DNA of 64,000 bases from Antedon mediterranea (lineage: Eukaryota > Animalia > Echinodermata): NCBI RefSeq assembly GCF_964355755.1, contig NC_092678.1, positions 17,093,881-17,157,880 of the forward strand, read 5' to 3'. The notes beneath the pieces are model-generated. The model was not told the origin of the DNA. It saw only the letters and a program-made list of their open reading frames with translations, and searched no databases. A program made the translations under genes and the position numbers. This document shows, in pieces, positions 13,599-26,758 of the stretch. Each line of letters starts with the position of its first letter. Positions within the stretch are counted from its first letter, which is position 1.

Positions 13599-15213
13599 CT
13601 GTAAAAAAAATTGTTTGTGAAATTAGCTACTAGTTTCGAATTTAACTAAAGGGACAGTAAAACAATAGCTATAAAAATGTAATAACTATGTTTGTCATTT
13701 AACTATTAATTGTATAGGACTAGGCTCTTGAGTAGGACTAGACGTTGTGAAAAGTTAGATGTATCTTAAGTTTAGGTCATTCTTCAAAGATATCATAATT
13801 TAATATCATTTTGATACATTACTGTTGTACATGTGCAATTTTGGATTTGTGGATTTGACGCACACTGGATAAATATTGATCTCTTTTTTCTTCAAAGGTC
13901 TCTCAATTCCGTGTCCAATTACGTCTGGCGGTGGAATTAGTATAGTCTCTAACAATGCACCATCGCCGAGTTGGCTCATTGGCCGCCTTCTCCAGAGTAG
14001 GGGTCAACGAGCCAGTGTTGTGGTGGAATAATGTTTTATAATTCAGGTGATTCATTATTGTTTCGTTTCTAACAATATCGGAATTTTTAACGGGATGAAG
14101 TCTCTTTTGCAAAAAGAAGCTTTGTGTTATGTTTGTTTAGAAACCTCTTACCATTACGTTTGTGAATTTCTTCCAATTGATCAATTGTTTTTGCAGAGGT
14201 TTTTTAAAGATTTTAGGTTGTCCAGGGAGTGTTTGTTTGCCTAATTCTCTGCAATCTATGGTTGTGTCTAATTATCAATCAAGTAAAGAGCTTAAACTAG
14301 ATTATGATTAATTACTGTAATTGAATATTTAATTAATGGCAGTAACATAGCCTAGATTATAGAGTATAGACAGCGATTCAAATTAATATTTGTTATAAAA
14401 TCAAACAACAAACGTAAAAGACTTTAGTATATAATAGCGATCTTCCTTGTATTAGCTACAGTGTTTTATTTTAGAATTTTTACAAGTAGTGTTTCTCTGC
14501 TTTAAAAGTATCTTCTATCAAATCGCCTAAAAAAAGCCTAATCAGGTTAATACATTACACTTTTTCAGTAACTTAGGGGTTATTAGTTTACAATACGTCG
14601 CGAAACGCGTTACACTTAGCGACTGACGCGTTTATTTTTTTTCAATATTTATAATACAATTATGTATTATTACTTTTTAAAAAACATTAAAACCTAAATA
14701 ACCTACTGAATACAAAATATATTCATTGTATCCTAATTTCAAAATTAATATTAAACGCACCAATTTTTTCGAATCAGGGATGTATTTTCCCACAAAAGCA
14801 TGAAAAAAATACAGATTTTTTATTATTCTTCATTTATCAGACTTATAATAGGCCTTTTTTTAGTTTTAATCAAGTTAATCAATTCCATAGAAAAGACCGA
14901 AATAATAATGTTCCTACTTATAAAAAGACAAAATAAACAGATTAATTTCAACACAACCTCATTGAACTGCCAGCGCAGCTAATTTGACTATTACCTTTTT
15001 CAAGTAAATATATTTCTTAAAATCCAATTAGTCAATGTGAATAACTCTTATGTGACATTAAAATGGCATATTCAACAAAAAATTCCAACAAATTATTTTT
15101 TCAAGGGATAATATATAGACCTATCTTCAATTCTCATTTTACTTATATTTTCAGGTTAGCCTAAAATGTGAATAATTTCTTGCACCAATTAAATTTAAAA
15201 ATAACTCACTTAC

Positions 15214-15555
15214 CCGGTGGAACAATTACTGCTGTAACTGTTGCATTAAATCCTCTCTTTGTTACAATCACGTCAGTAGATAAAGCAATCCGCATTGTGT
15301 TGTCGGTGGAAACTAGAGAATCAAATTTTGAACCTGTAAACTTAAAATTATATTCATTTTCTGCAAATGCTATATCCAAATAATCATGTATGTTCTCCAG
15401 TTGAAAGTCGTTGAACTCAATACGAATAACCAACTCTGGAGAGGTTGTAACCATCCATACACACTTTAAATTGTTGTCGTATTTCTTCGGATAATTAGGA
15501 GACCAAAATACATATGATGAGTTTTCAGATTCAAGATGAATATCCATGTTACATT
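15214..15555 (-). CDS. Gene L CUB-domain exon (342 bp, phase 1-1)
   Basis: C...SPNYPKKYDNNLKCVW...IRIEFNDFQLE...DYL...STD...RGFNA; ttttgcAG acceptor and GTAAGT donor. Confidence 0.93.
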
Positions 15556-16816
15556 CTGCAAAAGGAGATATAAGATGATAATAATAATACACGGATAAAT
15601 GAATATAGGCCTACTGTTACTATTGTATTGATAGACAAATAGCGTGATTAATAATTTAGGTAATCACAATATTTGATATTAATATATCCGGATAATCCTG
15701 TATACTATCTAATTGTTATTGATGGTTATAATATGATAGGCCTAATAATGATAATGATAATGCAAATAATAATAGTTCATTCTTATAGCGCATTATAAGC
15801 AAGCTCTCAATGCGCTGCACATTATTACCCCGAAAATTGTTTTGGATCATACACGTATGGAAACATATTCCCATATTACTAGTTATTTTTACCTATCCAC
15901 GTGATTTTATATATAATTTTAACAACAATTATTGTCATTTAATCAGGCTGTGCTACAGTATAAAATAGGGTACACAAAATACATAAAATTACATTAGATT
16001 ACAAATGTACAAATAGTAATTAATCAGTAATTGACCCGGCCCAGTTATCCCATTTATAAAAGTGTGAATTTTATCAATTATTACTTATTGATGAAAAATA
16101 TTTGATTTGTGTGTATACTTCGTAAATACTGGTAAATAAATCGAGTCCGTTTACTACCAGGTGTCCAGTTTTAACTGTACAAGGAAAGTTAGCACCTACT
16201 CTTAACCTAAATCTGCACATGCGCCAAAGCTTGGTGTTTACAAACATGTGTGTACCAGGTAAATACAATTTACCAATAACATAGCCTTCTTAACTTAATG
16301 TAAAATTAAATAAACAACAATCGTCTGACTGACTTCATGTTATTGTTTAAACTCATAGTGAGATAATTTTTAGTATGTTAAATAGAAAGAGAATCACGAA
16401 TGATAAAGAGAAATTAACACATTTGAGTAAAATTGTAGCAAATTATGATTTCCAATGAATTCTTAAATGTTGACAATTAGTTGGGTAATTGTTTTTTATA
16501 ACTTTGTTCTACAGAATTGTAGTTTTCTGTAGAAAAGGAATCACGGTTGCTCAAGATAGAAATTATCGTGTAAAATTGCGGATAATTAAATTTTTCAATC
16601 CACATTATAAGTTTTAAAAAAATCAGTTGGGCAATTGTTGTTTCTATTTTCTACAGTATTGACCAGTTTTCTGTAGAAAGAGAATCACGGTTGTTAATTG
16701 ATCAATATAGAAACGATTGTGTAAAATTGTGGAGAATTACGACTTTCAATCAATTCTCAGATATTTTTTTTGATTTAAAAAGTAAAACAAGTTGAAGTAC
16801 TTGAAAGCATACTTAC

Positions 16817-16877
16817 GAACAGAACAGCTTGAAAACGGTACAACAACCAACAACACGATAACGCTAAAGATAAACAT
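16817..16877 (-). CDS. Gene L first coding exon, signal peptide MFIFSVIVLLVVVPFSSCSV
   Basis: ATG in aagATG context, hydrophobic core, GTAAGT donor in phase 1 matching the CUB exon. Confidence 0.82.
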
Positions 16878-17735
16878 CTTGTTTAAGTAATTCTGTACTG
16901 ATTTGTTTACGATTTTACGCAATTCCGTAAGTTCACTCACTCATATTCGCGAATTAAACTTACCTCCGTGATTCTTTTCAACTTATAACACTTGTTTTCG
17001 GTGGTCTTTTTTAAATTATGATATTGCTTTTAGTCAATTTTAAAAATTGATAGATAAATCGTATCACCAGGCATATACTAAATAAATTAAGAGTTTGTTA
17101 CAGATGTTGCAATCATTATGTTATTCTATTATTTAAACTTAGATCTGGTAGAAGCGTTTTTATGTGCTTTTTTTTTACAGACAAGAGAATGATAACAATG
17201 TATGTGTGTCGATATAGAGTTCTTGTTATCTGGGCCTACACGGCATTGTATATACAGTTGCAGTTGTATTGACAGGATTGTTATCCCAAAGTAATTAAAA
17301 GAAAGTAAAATAATATTTGAGTAACAATAATGTGACATAATTCAGAGGCGAATTCAATGGGATGTGGGGACCAGCCGGCCCGGTGCGTCTTATAAACGTG
17401 TGCCGCTGGTACAAAAGCGTGTGTTAAATAAAGTTTACTTTTTCATCTTATCACTAAACTCCTGATAAAAATCACCTCCGATCTTGTTATAAGTTTGTAA
17501 ACGTTTAATTGAATTATCAGAACCTTTGATTAATTATTTATTTGTTTATCAACCGTTGAGAGAAGATTGATTGATTGTATACGGGTACATCTGTTAAAGT
17601 CTTCATTTGGCCATCAGTTGTATACATAATGCATATATATATATATATTTCAAAGAAGTAATAATTATTAAATCTTCTTATCTGCTTTTTTATTTATTTA
17701 ATGAGGGGAGTCGTAATTTTGACCTTAGAAAAAAT

Positions 17736-17812
17736 CCTGACATGACGGGAATTGAACCTAGGACCATTGGAGTGGTAGTCAAGCATCATAACCACCAAGC
17801 CACAACTCCACT
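17736..17812 (-). mobile_element. tRNA-derived SINE-like head
   Basis: A-box-like TGGCTTGGTGG and B-box GGTTCAATTCC at tRNA spacing; acceptor stem does not pair. Confidence 0.6.
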
Positions 17813-18032
17813 CCAGATGAAAATATCTATGTTAAACCAAAAGTAGTATCTGTTTGTTGTTTTCATTATGTTCATGTCAAACACACACATAGTTATTCAT
17901 TTTAGTGGAGTTGATGAATGAAATTATTTCAATACTAACAATTCACTCCTTTGCTAACCTACTGCAAGACAAATTGTTGATAAATAAATCATGATAACAA
18001 CCTCATTGTTCTTCTCTCCTCTTATTATATAA

Positions 18033-18340
18033 AGTTTTGTTCCCAATTGGACGCAACGTAAGAACGTAGACGCAACGCAAGCGAGTTGACCAGTGACAAG
18101 CGACAGTTCGAATAATCCATCACTTGTGATTGGTCAAATCCCTTTCGTCGTGTGTCTAGTGAGAACCAAGTTTAAAAGATAGCGTAAAGCTTGGTTCGAA
18201 CTTGGACAACGTAAGGACGTAACGCAACGCGATTTGACCAATCTCAAGCGATGGATTATTCCAACAGTCGCGTGTGATTGGTCAACTCGCTTGCGTTGCG
18301 TCTACGTCCTTGCGCTGCGTCCTAGTGGGAACCGAGGTTT
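18033..18340. mobile_element. Two adjacent, oppositely oriented ~150-bp palindromic MITEs (Tourist/PIF-Harbinger-like)
   Basis: Ends resembling GGTTCCCACTAG / CTAGTGGGAACC, internal GACGCAACGCAA and TTGACCAATC inverted motifs; relatives near 29250-29590, 34170-34310 and 43714. Confidence 0.65.
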
Positions 18341-18882
18341 AAGGCTGTGTTTTCCCCGCAGCGTAACACAATTGATCGGTCAACCAAACAGATGATTAAA
18401 ACAAAAATAAAGTGCGCATTCACAACGCAACAATGTATCTTTTATGTAAACAAAAAATACAAAAAAATAATTATATCTTAATTATCTTATCCTATTTTTG
18501 CTATTTTGATATTTCAATGTAAATGTCTTTGTACATATTATTAACTGTAGTTTAGCGCATCTCGCTGACCTGGTTTCATGTTTTTAATATCAAAGCGTCA
18601 ACAATTGCAGGGAAGATTAAGGACCATTAGGTAAACCCGATTGTTTACATTTTATTTTCTGAATCATGTTATTCTGTATAAATATGTTTTAAATAAATGA
18701 AATAAACGTTTTAAATGTTTATTCAATATTGCCGCGCGCCAACAACAGGGTTTATTTTTTAAAAGTTTGTGCTTTCTTGTCGACAATAGAGGGCCTCCCA
18801 TAAAAACGGTGATGGCGACGCCCATGATACTTCTAAAGGTCTTTCAGTTCGCGGAATGATTTTTGTAAATAAACAACAACAA

Positions 18883-19017
18883 ATGTTTAGAGCTTTGTAT
18901 GACTATCAAAGTAAAGATGGGAAGTCTATAAACTTTCAGAAAGGGCAACGGTTTACCTTGCTTGACAAAAGCAACGGTCATTGGTGGAAAGTTATGTCCG
19001 ATCAGTCCGGTATGGTA
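18883..19017 (+). pseudogene. Truncated N-terminal SH3 domain, resembling the start of NCKIPSD/SPIN90
   Basis: MFRALYDY...INFQKGQRFTLLDKSNGHWWKV...SGMV; the final GxxPxNY strand is missing and repeat-like sequence follows. Confidence 0.6.
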
Positions 19018-19700
19018 GCCGAATTATGTCACAAAAGATGATAGTCAGGTTCCTCATGTATGAAAATACGGGTTCCGTAGGATTTTAATGCCCAAAGTGA
19101 GATTTCACTTGATTTTACGTTATTATAGTGCTAGGATACCAAAAATGCTAGGTAAACAATTTTCACGATCCTGTAACCATGGTAACAGCCCCAAGTTCAA
19201 AATGGCGACCAAATGGCCATATCTCCATAACCCTTTGGTCTATTGGCAAGATATTGGTATCAAAATACTCGGAATATATATATTTATTTTCGTTGTAATG
19301 GAACATTTTTACTAAATGCAACCAGAAATGCTATTTGCTGTACTATTGACCCTTGAACTTGCCTCGTACTGTATCTTAAAAACGGCTCGTCATAAAAATA
19401 AAAATGGTCTCAAAATTGCTCAGGCCTTACATATTTATATTTAATGTAATGCAATATTTTGTTAAAAAATGTCCGGAAGCAAAGTTATTGACCTTTGACA
19501 TAGAGAATAGCTTACAAAGATTTTTATTCAGTAGTCTCTGATCATATCTCCATAACCCTTTGGTCTATTGACAAGATAATGATATCAAAATACTCGGAAT
19601 AAATATATTTATATTTGTTGTAATAGAAAATTTTTACTAAATGCTATTTTTCTGCACTATTGACCATTGACCTTGACTCGCACTGTATCTAAAAACGGCA
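19018..19700. mobile_element. Probable DNA-transposon subterminal region
   Basis: AAAATGGCGACC and TTGACCTT motifs as in the 43.8-44.4 kb element; internal duplication ~19215-19385 vs ~19540-19700. Confidence 0.45.
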
Positions 19701-19926
19701 AAAAAACATTTCAAAACTCCCTTTTCTTGTTCGTTGCTCATGATTTTCCTTTTTATCTTATCAGGTTTCCGTTCCATAAAAAACTTAAACATCTTACCTT
19801 GTATATTATTGAAGAAAGTGATTTGGTGGGTCCAGTAAGTTTGAAAAGTGAAAAGTTAAAATTGGCAGAACCAGTGTTTTTATTATAGTATTTTTTCCAA
19901 ATAAAGTTATGGATCTTTGGCTCCAC

Positions 19927-21845
19927 AATAATAATAATTTTATTGAAACTACACCTTTACAACGGTGGAACACATTCATACACGCTGCGTTCTATATACA
20001 GATAGACATTCAACAGATACAACATAATAAAAAGCAAACAGATACAAAATAAAACTAGTCAACCGACCGACTCGATCGCTATCGTAGTCGTACGTCACTT
20101 ATGCATTATACAATGAGTTAAAAAGAAAAGAAATGCAAACAATTGTTAAGTAGTACAGTAACTGGGAAAAAAATAATATTGTACCAAAATTCAAAAATAG
20201 TAATACAACAAATTCAAACTAAATAGATCTCTATACCGCAACAAAACAAAAACATTACATGCTATCTGCGAGTTGTATAAGATTGTTTCGTATTTTCCAT
20301 GATATTGTTATGTATACTTTACAAAATTTGTCAAGACTCAATAGAACATTATTACTGAGGGGAAGTGTATCCGTCCCCAGAAGATATAACATTTTGTCGT
20401 CATTGCTACTGGTGCAGAATGTTTCCCAAACATCTAACTCGTTATGAAAAATTAAGTCTTGTTTAAGTAGGCCTATATTTAGCTGTTCTTCTCTTACACA
20501 TTGTAATGCATCACAACTAAATAAAAAGTGAGATATGTCCTCTATATTTCCAGAGTTACATAATGAACAGAGAACATCATTATCCACGGTCCATTTACTT
20601 AATTTAAAATTTAAAGGGAGAGTATTGGAATGGGCTTGACATTTAAGACGGGCACCATTAAAATTTGTTTTATCAAGTAAAAACTTTTCAAGATCCGGCT
20701 TTGATTTTGACTTTGCATAAAAAGATAGCGACGATTTAGATGGGAGGTCCTCTGACCATTAATTATTTACATTATCTAAAATATTTTGTTTCAGTAAATT
20801 AAACCAATTTTCCAAAGTGCGATTGTTAATAACATTGTTAAAAATATGCATGCATTCAAATCTACAGAAAGTGGTGCGTACACAACAACTAACGAATTTA
20901 AATCGTAATTCTTTTGTGTTGTAATTAAGCGTAGTCTTGTACAATAGGTTGGGCCATCGTTTCTAATTTAACCCGACTAAACGTTCAAATAATTTTAGTT
21001 GTAATATGTTATGAGATACGGTTAAGGGTATCCATCCTAAATCTCCATATAAGGCCATTTTCGGTGTATACGCTGGTGCTTTTAGAATATATTGTGTCAT
21101 CTGCATTTGAAGCCGTTCCAGTCTCTCAATATCTGAATTGGATACTCCAGTCCAAACAGAGCAACCATAATTAATAGAAGGTAAAACTATTGTTTTCCTT
21201 ATGATATTTCCGTAATAAACTCTGTCAAAGTCATCAAGATTATCAATTATAGATTTAACTTATGAAACTAATCTATTACCCTTTTTAACAACATTGTCAA
21301 TATGCGAATGTTCACATACATTTTTTTGATATTAGTACTCCTAGATATTGGTAGGTGTCTGTTTCTGTGATGTGATGTTTGTCAAGATCCCATTGTTTAT
21401 ATTTATTTATCTTTTTTCCAAAAACCAAGACTTTTGATTTTTCATAGTTAAAATTAAGTTTCCAATAATTTGAAAATTCACCTGGTAATTTAAGCATGTT
21501 TTTAAGGTCATGCTCATTATTGGCAGTTAGCACGACATCATCAGCCCAGAAAAGACTACCCATCCATTTATCTTGGATCTTAACACCAACATTATTTGAG
21601 TTATAACAACTTCTTAAATTCATTAATAAAAATGTTAAAGAGTACAGGAGATAGAGTACATCCCTGTTTAACTCCCTGATCAATTACAAATGAATCAGTA
21701 GAAATGTTTCCATATGGCTTTTAGTAGTCCTTCTCGCCATACACTGTCGAATGCCTTTCGGAAGTCCAGGAACGTCATATAGGTGTTTTTCCCTTCTGCA
21801 AATCTGCAGGCAGCAATACTTTTTAGTGTGAAAATGTGATCCTCA
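19927..21845 (-). mobile_element. Decayed LINE, RT and C-terminus (RTEX-like, clade uncertain)
   Basis: GVKQGCTLSPVLFNIFINE, LFWADDVVL, YQYLGV, C-terminal CSLC...EDISHFLFSC, AATAAA plus (ATT)n tail; frameshifted. Confidence 0.8.
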
Positions 21846-21849
21846 TGTT

Positions 21850-22272
21850 TAGTATTTTATCATATCTTTAGATTTTGGACAAAAATTTAAATCAAATATA
21901 TTATCTAAATTACTTGAAACATTATACCAAGGTATCGTATGGGTTCGTTAGTCTATAGTTTTGTTTGGTGGGAATTTTAAAATCCGAATTCCTTAATGAG
22001 CCCAATCTCATTATATTACTTTTTTCATAATTTATCTTAAGCCCTGAGGATAAAGCAAATAAGTCCAAAGTGTCCATGATGGGCTTTATTTAATTGGAAT
22101 CGTTTATATAGAATACCGTGTCGTCAGCAAATTGACATAATTTAATGTTTACGTTATTATAGGATATACTTTCTATTTTTTCTGTTTGACGGACTGCATT
22201 GCCTAGGATTTCCGCACATAGAATAAACAAGTATGGTGATAGAGGGCATCCTTATCGTAAACCACGACTAAG
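21850..22272 (-). mobile_element. L1/Tx1-type RT fragment
   Basis: RGLR*GCPLSPYLFILCAEILG...KLCQFADDT...SGLKINYEKS with stops. Confidence 0.8.
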
Positions 22273-22276
22273 ACTA

Positions 22277-22400
22277 AACAAGGCCACCAACAGCCATTAA
22301 GTCGCGTGCTACAATGCATAGTGATACCGGACAGACAGACAGACCGACAGACAGACCCACCGGCATAGTGAACCATAGAGTCGCGTGGACGTGACTAAAA
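22277..22400 (-). mobile_element. Minimal (~125 bp) HINE-like element, family of 12386-13188
   Basis: Both ends and one microsatellite tract retained, interior deleted. Confidence 0.75.
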
Positions 22401-22705
22401 AGGCAAAATGTTGACGAATTTTTAAACTTTTTCATCAAAAACGTGCGCAAATTATCCAATTCGACGTGCTCGTATGACGTAATTTGAAGTCGAAATTGTT
22501 TAAAAGTTGGTAAAATTATTAAAAAAGGCTGCAAAAACATAAATCACGCAAAAAAAGTATGTATTTAACGCTATGTGCGCACCGCGCGCGTAAAAATTTG
22601 GGCGCATATAGGAATTTTTGACATGTCCAAAATGACAAGAAACGCGTAGAAAGTTGATTAAAAATTAATTTTGCACATTTTAACATTTTTAATGCGCGCG
22701 CGCGT
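22401..22705 (-). mobile_element. Internal fragment of the 2990-6156 Helentron-type family
   Basis: Matches ~3905-4210. Confidence 0.7.
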
Positions 22706-23292
22706 CCGACGCTTAAACGAATTCCTTAGGCACCGTAAATCCAAACTACATATTTCTACATTTGCCAGCCAGAAAAGTTAGTAGAGCTTTCGGGCAACAC
22801 TAACCATTCATCAGTGCAAGTGATATATATATATATATAAACAATTCATACATTAAGGTAGTGATAAACATATCTAATAAAGTACAAAAACATGGTATGG
22901 CTCTTGAAAAATAGGTAGCCAGGCCTACATGGCTCGTCCTATTACCGCTAAACAACAGCTCATCATGAGTAAGCATTGTTCCATAATAAGAGAAAAATTA
23001 AACATACTATGCATAGCCTACATATTTCCGGTACTTCACAAGTGAGCCTCATGTAATTATAATTAAGAAGGTCAATAATAACCTGTTTTGGTGTGGAATT
23101 TGAAATTAGATGCATCATTAATAACATTTACTGGATAAAGGAAAGATATTTGATTTGATTATTATTATTAACCAAAATAACCACTGTGTATTCGGCAATG
23201 CCTATCTGCATGCCCTGCACGACGTTGAGTACCGGCATTATGTAGACAAGATTATTGTTATTCATGAACGCTATTTTATTGGTTCCTATTGA

Positions 23293-24112
23293 GCCCCTTT
23301 CTCACAGATGTGCCTGCAATATACCGGTACAGTGCTGGCGTCGTGCCGGTATCGTTACCGGCATATAACCATTCTCATCGGACTATCGTGCCGGAAATAT
23401 AACCGGTATATACCGGCTTTCTGTGAGAAAGGAGTCGGGCATATTCGGCCAATAAAAAGTCTCTGACAAAATAATTATTGAGGGCGTCCTTTAATGTTAT
23501 TATTTTTGTCTAGGCCTAGCGATGATATGGCGGCGAATGTCAAGTTACAGATTATTATCTTCCTTTATAGCATATTTATGCAATACATGCTATGTACAGT
23601 ATATTGTGCATATATTATACAGGTATAGCAATTAATTTGTCGTCATCGGCAATCTGTAAAACACCTTAGAAGGCTGTAGGCCTACAATTTACAAGGCGAC
23701 GAAAGGTCAGGCACCAACAAACAGAGAGCTAAATGGCCTAGCCTAGCGGCCTATAGATTATGCTTCTTGTCCCCTTATTTTAAGCAGCTCTCTTATCTCA
23801 TTATCCCTCCAGTTCGACATTATTATTGTTAATTGAATTGAATAGGCGCCAAAGTGATACACTTGACCGCGCAATGTGTCAAAGCCTCGACGGGGAACCC
23901 CGGAATATAACGGCGATACGTTCTCACAGAATGCCCGTCTGGCATTGCGGGGAATATCCCTAGAATATTACTAGGTCTAAAGCAGGTCATGTCGATGCCG
24001 GCATGGTGCCGGCATGATGCCAAGACGACCCGTTCTCACAGAAAACCATACCGGCATGGTAATGGTATATTCCCGCAATATTCCTGGCACACAACTCTGT
24101 GAGAAAGGGGCT
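23293..24112. mobile_element. Degenerate palindromic MITEs with TTCTCACAGA / TCTGTGAGAAAGG ends
   Basis: TIR-like pair at ~23293 and ~23433; further copies of the motif and ATACCGGCA repeats at ~23920-24112. Confidence 0.5.
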
Positions 24113-24719
24113 TTGGTTGATTGATAATTAGCAATACTAGTGGTTTCGCTCGCACACCCTCTAGTAGTGGGTGTACCCGAATGGTCCTCGAAAACATGGC
24201 CAACGTTTCTGGCCTTCTCCAGTGTGTGACAGGGTGACATAGATTTGTACTCAAAAGTGTCACAATCCAAGAATGAATTAAAGTAAAGGCCTTCAATAAT
24301 AGTTAAATTACTAAAACAAATTGTAGTTCCACTAAAGTAAATGCTTTTAATCAATATAATTAATCAGCTGAATATCTAAAACAAATTAATTGCTAGGCCT
24401 AGTTCACAATACGTTGCACCACTAAACAATTTGCATTTATTATTGAATGTCGCCACCAACGGCCATTTTGCCTGAAGTGACGGACCCGGAAGCCAGTTGA
24501 ACAACAGCGCGAGTGTGTGAAAATAATCCTGTGATCCACAAATTTCGATAGGTAACGCTAAATGTTGTCGTAAAAAAAAAAATGGAACAATAGCGTAGTA
24601 CTGAAAACTAATGTTATCAAATCTACGTTTCGCGGTACATCTAAGATAGATAAGATAGGTATCCAAGGCGGAGATTTATATCGAAGTTTTTCCATTGTGC
24701 TCGCTTATGTCGGAATTAA

Positions 24720-25345
24720 AGCCCCATTCCCTACGTTTTTTAGATCTAATTTATGATCACAAACTATATTTAATGTAAAAATAATACTATATGGTCCTAT
24801 TGCGATAACTTTTTTCGTCTTTAAACGGTTAAAAATGTGAAAAATAAATCGATTCTAATAATTATAGCGGCCCGCTATAAATCCCAAAATGCATTGCGCG
24901 CGGATTGATATTTTTGTTTTTCACCTGTAATTCGCCCACTTTTCGATCGATCGTGAAGCCAAAACAAATGGAAGACTCCTAACTTTTCAGCGAAAATACC
25001 GGGTTTTCCCCAATTTGTATCAACGGAGTCTGGCAAAAATAGAAAGACAATTAATGCAGCAACTATACAACGTCAGGCTACGTATATAGCTAGCGTACGA
25101 TGTTCGTACGTTATCGATGTTTACCAGCTAGGCCTACAAAACTAAGCCTAGCTAGGCTAGGCCTAAGACCCTCAACGAGAGGTCGATCGCCGCGAGCTAC
25201 TTAGGTAGTGCATTGTTTCTCACTTTTTATCATAATTTACCATAAAACGTACATTTAAGACAAGGAATGACATGGTTTAATGTTTTTAAAGTGATATATA
25301 TGTATTATTTTCCAAAAAACGTCCACAATTGCAGGGAAAGGGTCT
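24720..25345. mobile_element. 626-bp Kolobok-like MITE, inverted copy of 8579-9204
   Basis: TTAA at 24716-24719 and 25346-25349; same length, few substitutions. Confidence 0.85.
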
Positions 25346-25689
25346 TTAACCATAATTTATATATAAATTATCCAAATAATAATGGTATGTCATGGACATA
25401 GTATTTTTGCCATCGTTCACTGTGTAATCGTCCGTCTGTATTTATAAGCATATAACAAATCATTACATTAATTTACAGTTAATAATCAATAATAACAAAG
25501 TAAACATACATTTTTTAAGCAATGAATATCCCTTGAATGATGTTTCAAAGATAGGTTGGTTGACGTTAGCCATACAACTCATTGAGTATGGTATGTTGGC
25601 ATGTACAGCATTGTTCATGATCATCGTTCCATTTTTTAAATGTTTTACTTTTAGTGTTTGTCTTAGAAGTCTTACGGGATACGTCATCA

Positions 25690-26530
25690 CTTATATAAAT
25701 ACTGTTATTGTTTAGTGGATTGCCCTTCAATGTTTTCGCTGCTTGGCTTAGAACAAATTTGCCTGCCCACGTAGCTCAACAGTTAATTGGTCTTTGTCTC
25801 CTCGATGACGAGCGCCTTATTGGGATTCTGTGGACTCGTTCCACTTCTATGTCGTCCCCATTCTCTAATTTCATGTGCGAAGTGAATACAACTTCTACAA
25901 ATTCCTTGCACGATAAATTGCCTCCCTTCTCGTAATCTTCTGGTACGTTATGAATGATTATATTATTCCTCCTCGATCTATTTTCGAGATCGTCTACTTT
26001 CTTTTCTAGATAGGTAATAGTATCTAAAGTTTCATTAACTGACTTAAATTTGTTTGTATTGTCCTCCACTGATTTGTCCATGAATTCTAGCGATTGCGTT
26101 ATCTTTGTGATGACTCCGGTTTTTTTTTTCTACGTTTTCCTCAATTTTGGTCATCTTACCCTTCTAGCTTATTGACTCGTTTAACCATCGACTCCAGTTT
26201 GTTGAGTATTAGGTCAAGTTTTGAAGAGAGTTATCGCATTTGACGGCTGATGTTCTGGTTCAGTTGAGTCGCACCCATATTTTATTCCGCTCCGAATCTG
26301 ACCCTTGGCTGTCTTGGCCAGTGGTGGACATCAGATGATAGGTTATTTTGTCCTTTTTAGCTTTCGATTTTTCCATATTCAATAGAGAGTTTTACTTTCA
26401 GTGTACAAATTATGTAAATACGGCACTGATTTAGTTGTTTTTGAAAGGAGCGCTACAAAAACGTGATGATTTGTGTATAAATTTCAGGAGCTACAAGTAT
26501 ACACGTCTTTACTGCATCGAGCTTAGCGCC
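25690..26530 (-). mobile_element. LINE 5' UTR and decayed ORF1 (L1/Transposase_22-like)
   Basis: Coiled coil then LEKKVDDLENRSRRNNIIIHNVPE...IEVERVHRI...RPI; frameshifts upstream. Confidence 0.75.
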
Positions 26531-26758
26531 CTCTCAACCACTATTAAAAAAAACTATTTTTTAATAATGTACAAAAAATGAAATGAATACCATCCCATTA
26601 ATTACCGGTATGTACAGAGAAAGCTTGAGCGGAAATCGAGGGTTACTTTTGCCAAAAAGACGAAGCGCGAAACAAATAAAAACGCAGCGTGAAACATCTG
26701 AAATGATATACAATTTGCTACAAAATAAAAAGACAGAATATATTATATATAACTATAA

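Noticed and set aside
13900-14260. Penelope-like remnant with hammerhead ribozyme (CTGGAGAAGGC...GCCAAC on minus strand)
   Set aside because: Core CTGANGA and GAAA motifs are not intact and no convincing GIY-YIG frame could be read.
16893-16963. 71-nt 5' UTR intron of gene L
   Set aside because: Good GTAAGT donor but the acceptor lacks a pyrimidine tract; cannot be supported without transcripts.
17736-17812. Functional tRNA gene
   Set aside because: A and B boxes are present but the acceptor stem does not pair; SINE-like.
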